Positions 1-12,958 are shown, counted from the stretch's first letter. The stretch: DNA of 64,000 nucleotides from Basidiobolus meristosporus CBS 931.73 (GCA_002104905.1 MCFE01000380.1:20219-84218), one strand, 5' to 3'. The notes: a model not told the origin generated them from the sequence alone. A program made the numbers and translations.

Positions 1-793
1 CCATTCCAAGAAGAGAGGAATGGTCAGCTTGGTTCCAACGAATTTTGCCTGCTCAGCCTGAAAGGTATGTTCATGTTACTATAGAACTTGGAACGGTATC
101 GATCAGATATGGGGATTTACCGCCAGCTCCTTCTCCAACTTCTCTTGTTCTAGTCTCTCTTTCTCCGCTTTCTTCTCCAAAGCTAAAGCTGACAGCAGCT
201 CTTTCAATGTAGAGGCCAGGGAAAAGACCATCACCATACCGATAGACTCTTCAGCCTGTTGTGAATAGGCGAGCAAAGTTAGTGACCTCGCGGAGGTAGT
301 CTAGGATGCGGTCGATACGAACCAGAGTTTTGAGCTCCTCAGTAAATTTCTCGAGCTCCTCCGAAGAAAAATCTCCTTCAATCACCTCAATCTTGTATTC
401 GGGTAGTTCATCCGGGTAAGTTGGTGTGTAGGTCACGTTTAGGTAGAGTGAGCCTAGTTGCGAAGATAGTAAATAAACGAGACTTTCCTTGAGACGATCC
501 AGGGTAAACAGGATACATACATGGGAACTCTTCTACTTCCTCCTCGGGGTTAACTAAAATGCGGAAGGAGTGGGGTTCCGATTCAAGTTCTGTGTGAAAA
601 GGCTTAGTGGTTGCCTTTTTAAAATGGCTTGAAAAAAGCGTTGGAACTCTACGAACCTTCGTATTCCTCTGGATAAATAGATTGGAGAGCCTCAATCTCA
701 TTCAACTGCTCTTCAGCGTAATCTACAACACGGTGCGTTTGGTTAGATGGAAGCGCCATCTGAAGTGAAATGTAGTAGGACCCTACCAGTCAT
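1..793 (-). CDS. GIR2: RWD-domain protein (GIR2/RWDD1 homolog), multi-exon, runs off the window start
   Basis: Spliced N-terminus MT-DYAEEQLNEIEALQSIYPEEY (ATG 793, intron 786-723), then TYTPTYPDELP of the RWD domain and an acidic/basic tail. Confidence 0.85.
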
Positions 794-1092
794 GATGAAT
801 ATTCTGATGTCTAGTACAGTTCAGAAATAGAAGTGATCTGCTCAATGTTGTATTTCACCCAGCTTGACCACCACACGCTAACGCACACTGACTATTCTGG
901 AGCAAGGCTTACTCGGATTGACATGTTAATCCCATTTTTTTTCTGATCACCATTTTTTTCGATAATGGTATAGGCTTTAGCGAGTTTTTAATCAAGTTGA
1001 CTCCCACATGCCGCTTGAGAATGGAGAGTTTTGTGCACACTACCTCATTGGAAATGTTGGGATCAATCAAAATGGCACGAGTTTATTATTAA

Positions 1093-3586
1093 CAAGTAGA
1101 GATTAGCCCAATCGGACCAAATGGTCCGATTGTATTTAAATTATTTTGACCTCATAGCAAGGATATATGAAGTCTAAATGAAGTTTATGAAATCTCTCTG
1201 GTATGCACTTTGTGCTGGTATTTTGATTTTTTCAAAATGGTTGCAAATACTTTGTCTTATATTGCCTTTACTGAAGCAACTTTTGGCAAATTTTAATCGG
1301 ACCAAATGGTCTAACACTTCATTGATGAATAATGGGTATGGCTTTAAGCAATTATATTTCAAACATTTAATAGCCAATCCTACTAACTGCGAAGAATTAT
1401 TGAGCATTATTTGTTTTTTCATATACCACCTTCAAGTGCCTGGTATAGCAGTCTTTACACATTGGGTGGCCAGGGTTGCAACTGCATGAAAACTCAACCT
1501 TAGTGCCTGTAACATGAGCGGCAGTACAAGTTTTGCAAGCTAATCTACGGCGCTTTGAGCCATAACCTTTACTCATCGACAGGTAAGTGTGATTTTCATC
1601 ACTTCTGAGTTGCCTCTGACTACCCAAGGGCCCCTTGATGTCTGAACCGGCCAAATTCTTACAATATTGCAAGAAATTGTATGCTAAAATATCCTTGAAA
1701 GAGAAATGAGATACGCCACGCTTTTGGTAAGAAAATGTACGATAAGAGCTATAGGCATTGGCTTCGCAGATACCCAGGATGAAGCCGTAGAAACGCATCT
1801 CCCATCTTTCTGTAGATATAACATCATGATAAGATGTCAAATTATCTCGAAGGTTATTGGCAGCATCAACCGAACCTACAAATATAGTAAATGGAGCACA
1901 TGTTGTTTCTTCAAGACAGGATTCTACTTACTTTTATGGGTCTCATATTCTTCAACCACTTCCGGTCGCTGAATGGTTATCACCTCACCATTGTCCCCTA
2001 CAAAAGTTCTCCGTCCAGTAAGCCTTGTTGTGCTGCAAGAAGAAATAAATGCTTTGATCTTGTAATCACGGTAGGCGCAGACAAAGATTCTCCCGCTCCT
2101 TGTTGTCTTGTTCATAGTAAAGTGAGCACCATACAAGTTGCCAACACTGGCAACAATATCGGTGGTGGGCATACCACATGGCCAGTAGCAGCGCTTAGTC
2201 ACTTGCATAATGGAATACAGACCAAGTTCAGCCAGCATCATTGTCATATTTGGGGATCCGAACCAAGAGTCAGCAATAACGGTACGGCCAGTACCAAACC
2301 AAGGCTTGACTAATCGCTTGACAGTGGAAGTCAACTTGGACATACCAGGATCATTGTCATATTCCTTCTGTAACCAATCACTCACTGTATCTATTCTCAG
2401 GATACAAGCAGTGTGATGGTCTGCTAAAGTCTTGAACTCCTGTCCGATGGGATGCGGCTTCCTTGGAACTTTCTTAACATTGGGCAAACCAGCTCCTAAC
2501 CATTGATTCATTGATTCGTCAATGACTAAATACTTGCAGGGCTCTAAACAAGTTTTCATGTGTTCATTAAAGGCGTCAATAGTTGATCTAATTTGATAAA
2601 GAGCATCGATTTCTTGATGTTCTCGGGAAGGGATTTCAAGAACGTGCATTTTCAGAATCTCTTTAAATCTTCTATACGACATATATTCCGTAAAGTCAAT
2701 GTTCATTAAGAAATGAGAAGAGCCTTGCTTCCAGTAAGCTTTTTTGTCGGAATGATTGATAACTGTCATTACAGTTATTAATGCAATCCACATCATGTAC
2801 TCGGCAAATGTAATGTCAGTCCAGGGGCCAATGCTAGTTGCATAAGCATTAATCCTCCGAACGATAGTGCGAAAGTGATCTAAAGGAAGGAAGAACAAGA
2901 AATAATCCAGTGGTGAGGCATTTCTAGCATTTTTCATATTTAACCGAGCTTTCAAGGAGGTAAAACCATCAGCTGGCCCACTTGTACGGGAATCAATATA
3001 TACTTCCCCAGTTATCCAGGTGTCTGCTGCAGTAAGGTCAATTTCATCTTCCTCCTGCTCCTCATCTTGGATTGCATCCTCCAATAGGTCTTCAGTAACA
3101 ATACTCTCGGTAGTATTAGCAGTTGCAGGTTCAATGTTTCCCAAGGTATCATTACTGTTAGTCTTGATATACTTTAAACAGTTTTGTGAAAGAGTCAATG
3201 TAATCCCCGGTACCAGATCCAAAATGACATCATATTTCACATTGCCATTGACTGTTGAGCGTGCAGTGGTAACTCCCTTGAAGCTCAAACCAGGTGTATT
3301 CCAGTCAAAACGCAGAGATAAAAGTCGTTTGACTTCCTTATGTTTGATAAATCGCTTGGATACTGATACACGCACATTAACATCAAGATGTTTACTGGCA
3401 GGAGGCATGGTTTAAGTCTTAAGAAAAGATAAAACGAATATGACGAATTATCAAAACAACTCCAAAAAATAAATATTCAGATTCTTGTTTATCAGAATAT
3501 GATATGAAATAAACAAAGTAAGGCATCCATCCAGAAAAAACAATTGTATTAAATTGGACCAAATGGTCCGGCCGAATCTCTACTTG
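1093..3586 (-). mobile_element. piggyBac-superfamily DNA transposon, full length (about 2.49 kb)
   Basis: TTAA at 1089-1092 and 3587-3590. Perfect 12-bp TIRs CAAGTAGAGATT / AATCTCTACTTG. Subterminal GGACCA-AA-TGGTCC palindromes at both ends. Encloses a transposase gene. Confidence 0.93.
1397..3408 (-). CDS. piggyBac (PGBD-like, DDE_Tnp_1_7) transposase, about 651 aa, 2 exons (3408-1932, 1875-1397)
   Basis: Motifs VIDESM, IADSWFGS, (spliced) HKSSVDAANN and a C-terminal Cys/His-rich domain CKTC...CSC...CKDC...H. A 56-nt GTAAGT...TAG intron joins the two ORFs in frame. Confidence 0.88.
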
Positions 3587-3610
3587 TTAATTATTGTGCT
3601 GATGATGGCT

Positions 3611-4576
3611 TTAACCGAAGATAGGGCAGTCAAAATAGGTTCCGGGATCATTGAAACGGATGCCCTTGTCCAATTTCTTGATTTCATTCATATCCTCCTC
3701 GCTAAGTTTGAAGTCGAGATCAATGTTCTGCTCCAGACGTTCGTCGCTCACGGATTTTGGAATCACTGCTAGCTGACGCTCGTTGGCCCAGCGAAGGAGC
3801 ACCTGAGCTGGAGTCTTGGAGTGTTTCTTAGCAATCTTGGTGATGATCTCGTGCTCCAACAAGCTAGGGATATCCTTGGCTCCATCAAATAAGGAGAGGT
3901 ATGAGATGGATCCAAAGCTTGAGTAAGCGGTGATGGCAATCTCCTTTCTGTGGCAGAATTCTACCAGTACATCCTGGGCCAAATAAGGGTGGATTTCTAC
4001 TTGGTTGACAGCTGGCTTGATGCGAGCATATTTTAGGAGATCCATAAGCAGAGAACAGTTGAAATTAGCAACACCAATGTTCTTCACTAAACCGGCATCC
4101 ACAAGCTCCTCCATGGCCTCCCAGGTTTCACGGATGCTGACATCGACGTAGGTTGGAAGCTTGTCGGTTTCGGGGTTGTAAAGCCACTCGGGTGGATAGC
4201 GAGTGTTGAAGTCAACATACTTCAAGGAAATAGGGAAGTGAATCAAGTAAAGGTCTAGGTACTCCAAGCCCAAATCCTTCAAGGTTCTCTCGAAAGCAGG
4301 GCGAACATGTTCTCTAGCATGGAATGTGTTCCATAGTTTGGAGGTGACGAAGATATCTTCGCGCTTCACCACGCCAGAGCCGATAGCGGCTTTGATACCC
4401 TCTCCGACTTCAACCTCGTTGCCATAGTCACAAGCACAGTCAAGAAGACGATATCCCTTGCGAATAGACTTTTCAACAACTTCGGCGGTCTTGTCTTTGG
4501 GGATCTTCCAGGTGCCCAAGCCAACAAGTGGCATGGCTTGGTTGGTGGTTTTGAGGTTAACTGTAGCTTTAGTCAT
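3611..4576 (-). CDS. XYL1: aldo-keto reductase, D-xylose reductase type (intronless, 321 aa)
   Basis: MPLVGLGTWK, LLDCACDYGNE, IFVTSKLWN, YLDLYLIHFP, NQVEIHPYL and the IPKS cofactor motif. Confidence 0.9.
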   Translation of the reverse strand: MTKATVNLKTTNQAMPLVGLGTWKIPKDKTAEVVEKSIRKGYRLLDCACDYGNEVEVGEGIKAAIGSGVVKREDIFVTSKLWNTFHAREHVRPAFERTLKDLGLEYLDLYLIHFPISLKYVDFNTRYPPEWLYNPETDKLPTYVDVSIRETWEAMEELVDAGLVKNIGVANFNCSLLMDLLKYARIKPAVNQVEIHPYLAQDVLVEFCHRKEIAITAYSSFGSISYLSLFDGAKDIPSLLEHEIITKIAKKHSKTPAQVLLRWANERQLAVIPKSVSDERLEQNIDLDFKLSEEDMNEIKKLDKGIRFNDPGTYFDCPIFG

Positions 4577-5101
4577 GGTGAATGGAACCAGATAAAAGTC
4601 AACTTGATGTGATATTCTCGATTATATACGGAGAAAATAAGTTGAATCATGCCATATATGCTTAGCAAACGTCACCTGGGCAGGAACCAATAACATGGGT
4701 AAACCGAACAATCGTGATGGGGTTCCTTGGGAGCTTCAATGCACCAACTGGGTGGATTCTTGGTGCTGTAGCACAAGTTGATCAAAATTTGACACGTTTG
4801 TATCGTCATTTCGCACTTAGGTAAGCGTTATGTATATATATATCATATTACGCAATGTTTACCTGGACAGACAAGATGCGTTTCTAAGATGTATTTAAGG
4901 CCTTAGAGCCGAGTGACTCCGATATGATGCTACCAGTGTCAAGTGAAAGTGAAAGGAAACATCGATTGTCATTTCTATTGACCGGGTAATGTTTGAAAGT
5001 AAATGACAAATAAGCTAGTCTACTGAAACTAAATATCAATTCTATGCATTACAATAAAACGGAGTGAGTACAAGATAAATACGAGGGGGATTAATGACAC
5101 T

Positions 5102-7074
5102 TCAGTTGGCACCAAGCTTGGTAATGGTTTGGGCAAGAATCTCGGCACCCTTGTTGCCCTCGGCCCCGGCTTTCTTGATGTCCTTCACGCGCTTCTTGAG
5201 TGCAGACATGACCTTCTTTTGGCAAGCAGGTGACTCGAGCAGTGCGAGGACAACGAAAGAGCCGCCTGAGGTGCTGAAGTGAGCAATCTGTGATTGGACG
5301 GCATCGAGGATGGCTGGTCCGATGGTAGCTTCGCCATCAGTTTTGATCTCGCCAGATTTGCTCTTGTATTCCGATTGAATCAAGGTCTTGAGGGTACGGC
5401 TGGCGATGGTGTTCTCCAGAATGTGGTTCTCCTCGTCATCTTCGGCGATGAGGGTCTTCAAGGCATCGAAGAGAGCTGATTTGTCCCCAGCAGCGTTTCT
5501 GAATACCTCGAAGCAGACTTGACTGGGGAATGGCTCGCGGAGCATGGAGCCAAGGTTCTCGGAGACGTACTTCAAGAGGGCGGGGGAAATGGCGTTCAAC
5601 AATTCCTTGGAACGAGCAGCGGGCTCCTTCTTACTGGTTGTGGCACGAACTTCATCGCCGGTTTGGAGAAGGGTGATGTTGTCGGGAGAGATGTACTTGG
5701 GAGATCTTCCGGCGAGAAGGTACAACACGACACGACGACCGTACTTGTCATTGACAATCTCGTCCAGGGTGTTGCAGATTTCACTAATGATGTTCTTGTT
5801 GACAAGAACGGTATCATCGACCACATCAAACAATCTAAGAAGGACCATGTGGCCGTATTCCTCTTGGCAAATCTTCTGTACGAAAGGCTTGAATGACTTC
5901 ACGATGACTTTACGATCCTTGGGGGTGGCGTAAAGGAGGCAGAGCATGGCAACTTGAGCACCATCCTTGGTGTGAAGAATCTCAGCAACCTGTTCCTTGA
6001 TGATGGCGATCATCTCTTGGACGCCATTGGCATCGGTGTGTGTGAGATACTCGTACATGGCGCGGTGAACAATACTGTGATTGATGGTTCCCTTGTCCAA
6101 AATGGCCGAGATGGTTTCATTCAAATGCTTCAAAATAGACTCCTTCTTCTCTGGCTTCTCCTTGAGGATGTCGTCCAACGATTTCTTATCGGCAGATTTG
6201 AACAGGGCAAACTCGGGTCCGTAGAACTCCTCAACCAAGGCGTGGCGCTGGGCAGAGTTGGCGAATTGTCCAAAAGCCTCTTCGATAATCTCCGAGGCCT
6301 CCTTGTGTCTAATCAGCTTGCGTACTTTTCCGTAGAACTCCTTGATCACATGCTCACGATACTTGGGACAGTAGTGCAAAATCTTGATGACAATGAACTT
6401 TCCGTACATGCTCTTGGACAATTCCAAGTATCTGCCCTTCAGCTCGCTGGCGATTTGATTACGATGCTCAGGATTGCCATACTTCAAGCATGTTTGGATG
6501 ACTCGAGAGGCGTCATGTTTGAAAATCACCTGTTGACGACACAGATTAACCCTGTAAACATGCCATTGCTCATTTGGAAGTAACATACCTCAACGACACG
6601 ACCCTTGACCAAGGCCATCAAATCCGAAATAAGTTTTTCTCTCTCGGGCTTGGGAACATCCTTACGGCGCATCTTTTCCCAAATCTTCTTGGCTTGTGAC
6701 AAAATTTCGAAATGAGGCTTTTGCGCTTTACGCTCCAACTTTAAGGTCTTCTGTTTCTCGTGTGCCTCCTTAGAGTTTTGGCTGTTGGCAGGCTGCTGGT
6801 TGAGTTTAGCTTGTGGCTCGGTCTGCTCATCGGCCTCTTGAGCTTCTTCGATCTCCTCTCCATCGAACATGTCCTCATCCGAATCCTCCACTTCCTCAGT
6901 AGTCTCCTTGGTCACTGCCTTTTTCTTTTTGGGTTTGACTTCAGGTTCGTGTTGGGCAGCAGGCTTGACCTTCTTGGTAGCGCTCTTGCTTTTGGCATCT
7001 TTCACCTGCTTGGGTACTTTACCTTCTCCCTCATTCGAGGCCTTGCGCTTTTTTTGGATTTGGTTCCCGGCCAT
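5102..7074 (-). CDS. PUF6: Pumilio-homology nucleolar protein Puf6/PUM3, one intron (6588-6530)
   Basis: Basic/acidic N-terminus, HFEILSQAKKIWEKMRR, KHDASRVIQTCLKYG, PUF repeats and a CPL domain (YGRRVVLYLL). Confidence 0.92.
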
Positions 7075-7398
7075 GATCACTTTGTGTGGTTAGGTTGTGC
7101 TGAGAACTGAATGGATTTCGAAAATTGCTGGTTTGCCGCCGATAAAATGAACTCCAGTCTAACTAAGCGTTTTTTTTCTTTTTTTTTCAATTGGAATATA
7201 GGAAAAAAAAGGCGTGGATCTGTGAACTGGCATAGAATTCGGGACTTGGTTTAACTGCACCAGATGTTGTTTAACCGAAATCATCCACACGATGCATTGG
7301 ATTGGAATTGAAATCCTCGATCAAAAAACTTTTACTGTTCTGGAGATGTGCAGTTTATCTAGACTAGAGGGCCATTTGTATCTTTCACTCCAGCTATA

Positions 7399-7842
7399 AT
7401 GTCCGCAAAGAAGCCGGCCGCCACCGCCTTTCTGAGAATCCTTGTTCCAGCCGGTAAGGCATCCCCTTCCCCACCCGTTGGTCCTGCTCTTGGTCAGAGA
7501 GGTATCAAGTCCATGGATTTTTGTAAACAATTCAACGACCGTACCAAGGACATCGAGCCTGGTACTCCCATTCCCACCGTCATCACCGTGAAGCCCGACC
7601 GTACCTTCAGCTTCGTCACCAAGAGCCCACCAACCTCTTGGTTGCTCAAGCGTGCCGCCGGTGTGGAGAAGGGTAGCTCTCAACCTGGTGTTCAGATAGT
7701 TGGTAAAATCTCTCTCAAGCACGTCTACGAAATCGCGCTACGCAAGCAAAACGACGCCAACTTGGCCCACCAGGAGTTGAAGAATATTTGCGGCTCTATC
7801 GTCGGTAGCGCCAGGTCTGTTGGCATCGAGGTTGTTCCTTAG
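7399..7842 (+). CDS. MRPL11: mitochondrial ribosomal protein uL11m
   Basis: PAGKASPSPPVGPALGQRG...FCKQFNDRT...FVTKSPPTSWLLK. Divergent from PUF6. Confidence 0.95.
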   Translation: MSAKKPAATAFLRILVPAGKASPSPPVGPALGQRGIKSMDFCKQFNDRTKDIEPGTPIPTVITVKPDRTFSFVTKSPPTSWLLKRAAGVEKGSSQPGVQIVGKISLKHVYEIALRKQNDANLAHQELKNICGSIVGSARSVGIEVVP

Positions 7843-8180
7843 ATTCGTGTACACACCCAACCTCCTAGATACACTTGGCTATCTTCGGGTTTCCATACTT
7901 CTAGATACTTTCCATCTGCATTCCACTATTTCGCACTCTCTTCCCACTCTACCCCAAGATCACTCAAATAAACCGTTCAATTATGATGGTGTGATGGTCA
8001 CATGGATGCTTTACTAAACTGCTCAGCAAGACGCTCGAAATACTTTGATAAAATGGACGGGAAGAACATTGGATTAACCGACGGAATCAAATGAAATTGT
8101 ACAAAGTGGAGCCAAGTTATAAAGCTTGCAACTATAGGTTGGTAAATCAACTCATTCTACGTAGATGGGGCTCGCGCACT

Positions 8181-10968
8181 CTACTTCTCCAGCTGAGCGA
8201 TCTGTTCTAGAAGAGACTTGGATTGTGAAACGAAGTCTAAGGGTGTCGCCTGTAGCACGCTATAACGGACTTTTGAGGTATCCTGTGGACTTGACGTGTT
8301 AGCGGCGAGTTAATGATGTGGAGATATGTGGATCCTACTTACGTTGAATACTTCTTGCTTGGCACGGCACTTGAACATGTACTGTTGGAAGTTGGCTTGC
8401 TGAAACACAGCGGAGAAAGCGGCAGGGTTGATGTCCTATGGAGATTTGGTTAGTCAGACTCGCCTCTCTTTCCGGAATTCCTGACATACCTTGAGTTGCA
8501 TCAGCTCGCCAGCAGTTTTTCCCAAGACTTGGACACCGATATCATTGAAACATTGCAACCAGACCTGGCCGGTGTGATCGCTAACATTGATGGCCATGAT
8601 ATATCTGATGGGGGAGTTTAGAGAAAAGAACACGCATGGGATTCTATGAGGGTCAAGTTACCTATACTCAGGGGCGTCATAGCTGCGGTTGCACTTTTCA
8701 CATCTCCAGCCTCCCGCGTCTTCAGTCACCTTCTTGTTGCACGAGTCGCTAGGGCAGGCTGGGTAGGCAAGGTTCTCCTGCTTCAAAAACACGACGGTGC
8801 CCTTCGCGAGGAAATAGTCCGGCTATATGATTCCAAACGTTAGTTTGTGTCCACCGATAGCTTTGCATGACCAATCAATGACCTTGTCACCCATTCCGAG
8901 GTTCTCATCCTTGACCTGGCCGAAATTCTTCAGCTCGTCTTTCTTGGCGGTGATTGGGGCTCCGTTGCCTCCCATCGAATTCGAGTAGCCGTGGAATTGG
9001 GCAGAGTGGCCCATCGAGTCATACCTAGGCAAAGGCAAGGTGAGAACGGGATTCGTAATGGTGCAGCGAAAGCGTATACTTACCAGCCACGAAGGCGATG
9101 GGCCTCCGGAATATCTGGATCAATCATCATTGAGCTAGAGCTGTACATGGAGAGGGAACGTCCTGGATAGAGCCGAGGCGTTAATGTTGAGGTATATCAT
9201 GTATCAGCACAAGGAACATACCGTTGAAATCACTGACACGAACCCCTTTGAACGCAATAATGGGAGTGGAGGAAGCGTCGAACGATTCGGCTTGTTTACC
9301 CCAGAGTGTAAGACGAACCGAGAATTCCGATGTATCGACAAGGGTCAGGTCCCGCTTCGATACAGGCTTCTGTGTTGCTTTCGAGAGAATCTGAGACAGC
9401 TCCTGAGCCTCTCTTACAACTCCAATGACATCTATTCGGTCACGCTGTTAGCACTAGGTTCCATGCTTCCTTATGAACATCCACATACCAATGGTGCTAT
9501 CCTTGGCTACGTCATTCAACTTGCTCAATTCAACAAAATTGTACCGGACTTTGGGTACATCTACGGTATCTACGCACTATAGGAGAGGATTAGTATCGTA
9601 GACTGGTCGGATAAACAAGGATTTTCGCTTACGAGGGAAACTTCGGTTCCATGGTCGAGGGATAGCTCGTATTCGTTCTGGATGGAGGAGAATTGTGGCT
9701 TGGCCATGGTCACTTTGGCCTTGGAGATGTAATAAACCTGCGTCGACCGATGGTTAGATGCTACGTGGAGATTGGGAGTTGCTCATCGGATGTATATATA
9801 CCTTGTTTTCCTCGAATAGGCTGTAGAATTGATCCACCTGGTCGTTAAAGGCAGTCGCCTTAATCTCACCCTAACGCACCAAAATTGAGTCGATTGTAAG
9901 CATGGGGAGTTCGGTTGGCTGGACTTACACTCTCGTCTAGCAAGTTGACACTAAAGAGTTTTCCTTCACCACGGGCATTGTGCCAGTGTCTGATGTCGGA
10001 TTTCGACGTTACTCGGACTCGAATAGTCCATCTGCATGTATGTTAAACAAGAATACCTCGGCATTAATAGTCAATCTTGCTCTTACTTATTTTGATAGGG
10101 GCTGAGCCCTTTGATGGGGTAAATAGCCCCGGCTGGCTCTCCAATAGAACGGGGTGGCATATTTGATGTTTGGCTGTTGCGGTCGATGTTAGATGAGGGG
10201 TTCAGCTACAAGTTCAACTCCAACCATTAGTTACTTATTAGGGGCCTTGTTAGGAACACCAGGGGGCTTGTTTCCATTAAATGGGTGGCTTTGACCCATA
10301 TTATTCTGACCGTAACCAAAATTCTGAGGCTGTTGCTGCTGTTGTGGTTGCTGAGGATAAGGTTGGTTTGGTGTAGGGTTGACAGGGCTGGGTCGCTGTT
10401 GTGGAGAGTCCTGGTTTGATCCTCCAGTTTGAGCAGGAGCCGGTTCCATAGAGACGGGGTCACCAATCTTTTCCTCGGGTGTTCCTAGAGCCTCGACGTT
10501 CAGAACAATCACTATTCTATCAGGGGGTAAGTACGCAAAATTCAACAAATTCACAAGCTGATAAGCAAGTACCTTCTGTTTTGCACCGAGTTACAAATGT
10601 ACTGCACCAGTTTGATCACAGTGTATTTAGTGATCGCGCCGTTATTGATTAGCTCGTTCATTTGGGTACCAAGCATAGCTACGAAGCGAAAAGTCAGCAA
10701 CGGTGGAAAAAGGAAAGAACGGAAGATAAAGGTCACCTTGCATAAAGTGAGTTCCATCGGAAATGACAAGTCTGGTGAGGTTTGATTAGAAAGGGCGCGC
10801 GAGAGTGAGCTTAATGCAACATAGGTACCGAAAACGCTCGGGCGTCGAAGGATTCTGGGAGGTTAACTTTTTGATGTTGATGATCTGTAAGACAGGATTT
10901 GCAGAAGCAGGCGAATCCTTGTTGTCTTCATAGATCGCCTTAATCGCGCCTTGTGTTAGCTGGTTCAT
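8181..10968 (-). CDS. RFA1: replication factor A large subunit (RPA70), many introns
   Basis: N-terminal OB fold ([12 protein letters not shown]...RFR), P/Q-rich linker, [18 protein letters not shown], and C-terminus [29 protein letters not shown]...QLEK*. Confidence 0.92.
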
Positions 10969-11402
10969 GGTATGCACTACGTTTATCTTCAACAAACAAA
11001 CTAAAGAGACTTGTGATAGTGATAACGTCCAATCAGTCTAAAATGGCCGTTACTCCTATTGCCAATAATATTATTTGTTTTGTTTTCATTCCCTGCGGCA
11101 CAATTTTTTCTAGTAGTGGCTTATCCATTGGAGTGCAACATTGTTGATGACATTCAGCTGCGAACTAATCGAATATGATTATGTTCCATGAGAAATTAAA
11201 CCAAATACCCAGGTGCACCAAATTCAACAAGGAGCGGGGTCTGCAATTGTATTGATTATGTCTAATGACCATTGTGTGGTATTCTCCATTCACATAGAAT
11301 AACAATGATTTCTTTTTTGGTGAATAAACTTCCGAATATGTTGATTAGTGTAGACCAAAACTTGCACGGGGAAAGGACTTCTCCGTCTTCTGTCAACCCA
11401 GG

Positions 11403-12801
11403 ATGAAGTCTACCTCTAGTCTCGTCGACCCAAAAGACTCGGGCTTCGAAGGGCGAAACAGGATTTTTCTTTGGGGAAATATTGTCACCTGTGGTGATTT
11501 TTGGGCTTTCGGAGTAACCCTTCTGTTAATTCATGTTCCTGTAGTACTATTCGGTGTATTTGTGTAAGCTCTTGACCGTCATGGAAACTCTCGAATGCAA
11601 CTTGAATTCGATTTCTAGGCTTGAATACTGAAGCTAACGGTTTATATAGTTGTCCTTTTGTATATAGTAACATTAGTCCCGCCGCGGTGTTCGTCTTCGC
11701 CTACATTTATCTTGTATCTATGGCCTCGTTATTAAAAACCTCTTGGACCGACCCAGGGGTACGTACCTTAAGACCCCCACCTTCACAAGCTTTGGTTGCG
11801 AATCTTCTTTTTTGCCTTCAATTCTAGATACTTCCTCGGAATTTAGACCCAATCCAGTCTTTGGAAACCTTTGGAGAACCCACCAACTCTGTAGACAGAG
11901 TGGAACAGCCCCGTTTCTCCGCAGCATACCCTGGACTCAAGGATGTTGTGATAAACGGAGTCACAGTCAAGTTGAAGTTCTGTGATACTTGTCAACTGTA
12001 TCGTCCACCGCGGTGTAGTCACTGTAGACAATGCGACAATTGCGTGGGTTAGTAAACTAAAGAGTAAACGATAATAGCTACAACTGACAACTTCCGCTAG
12101 AACACGAGGATCATCACTGCATTTGGGTCAACAACTGCGTCGGCCGACGCAACTATCGCTACTTCTTCACGTTTATATCGAGCATATCGATTATGTGCTT
12201 CTACGTACTAGGGTTTAGTATAGCTCATCTAGTTCTTTATTGGAGAATGCAAGTGAATGAAAGCGCAACCGGCGAGTATCCGTTTCAAGAAGTACTAGCC
12301 ACCAAATTTGTCAGATATCCTTTTTTTCCGTAGACTAGCGATTGAGCGTCCTTCCATTCACGTATATGCATCATCCTTAACTAGCTTACTCTTATCCTGG
12401 CGATTTTTACGTTTGTCTTTGGGCTCTCCATCTTCGCCTTAACGGCGTATCATTTTTATCTAATATCGAAAAATATGACCACATACGAGCAGGTATATGG
12501 CCCCTTTCCCTTTCCCGGCCCATCTGATTGCTAACAGTTTCAACGCTAGCTACGGTCATCTGTCAACATCCAAGAAGCGTCGCACTCTTTCAGCTTGGGA
12601 AACATCCTTACGAACATATGCCGATTTGTCGCCCGCCCGAGCCCACCTAGGTAAATCATCACATGATAAGCTTCACAAGTAGAGTCGTTAATAACAATCC
12701 ACCGGACCATCCACCCCAGCTACATCGATTGGCACAAGGTATTCCAAGAAAGGCAGTCCAACAGCCGTCCATCCACCTCGCGTGTTAGCCCAATTGTATG
12801 A
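11403..12801 (+). CDS. ERF2: DHHC palmitoyltransferase (Erf2/ZDHHC9-like), multi-exon
   Basis: [43 protein letters not shown] / [22 protein letters not shown], and NMTTYEQ. The start codon is less certain. Confidence 0.88.
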
Positions 12802-12958
12802 ACCCATAGAACCCCATTGATAATAGACTTGGTTAGCCGATTAATTTGCAAAAGATGTGGAATAAAAGATATTTAATTATGAGTCGACTATGGTTCGCGT
12901 TGAATATACTTTACAACGACCATTCATCATGGTGAAATGAAAATGGCAATCTTATGAT

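Noticed and set aside
5094-7110. Several long + strand ORFs over PUF6, and similar ones over RFA1, RPL9, kinesin-5, AA5, the histidine kinase and thaumatin
   Set aside because: Antisense or alternative-frame shadows of well-supported genes, with no independent motifs.
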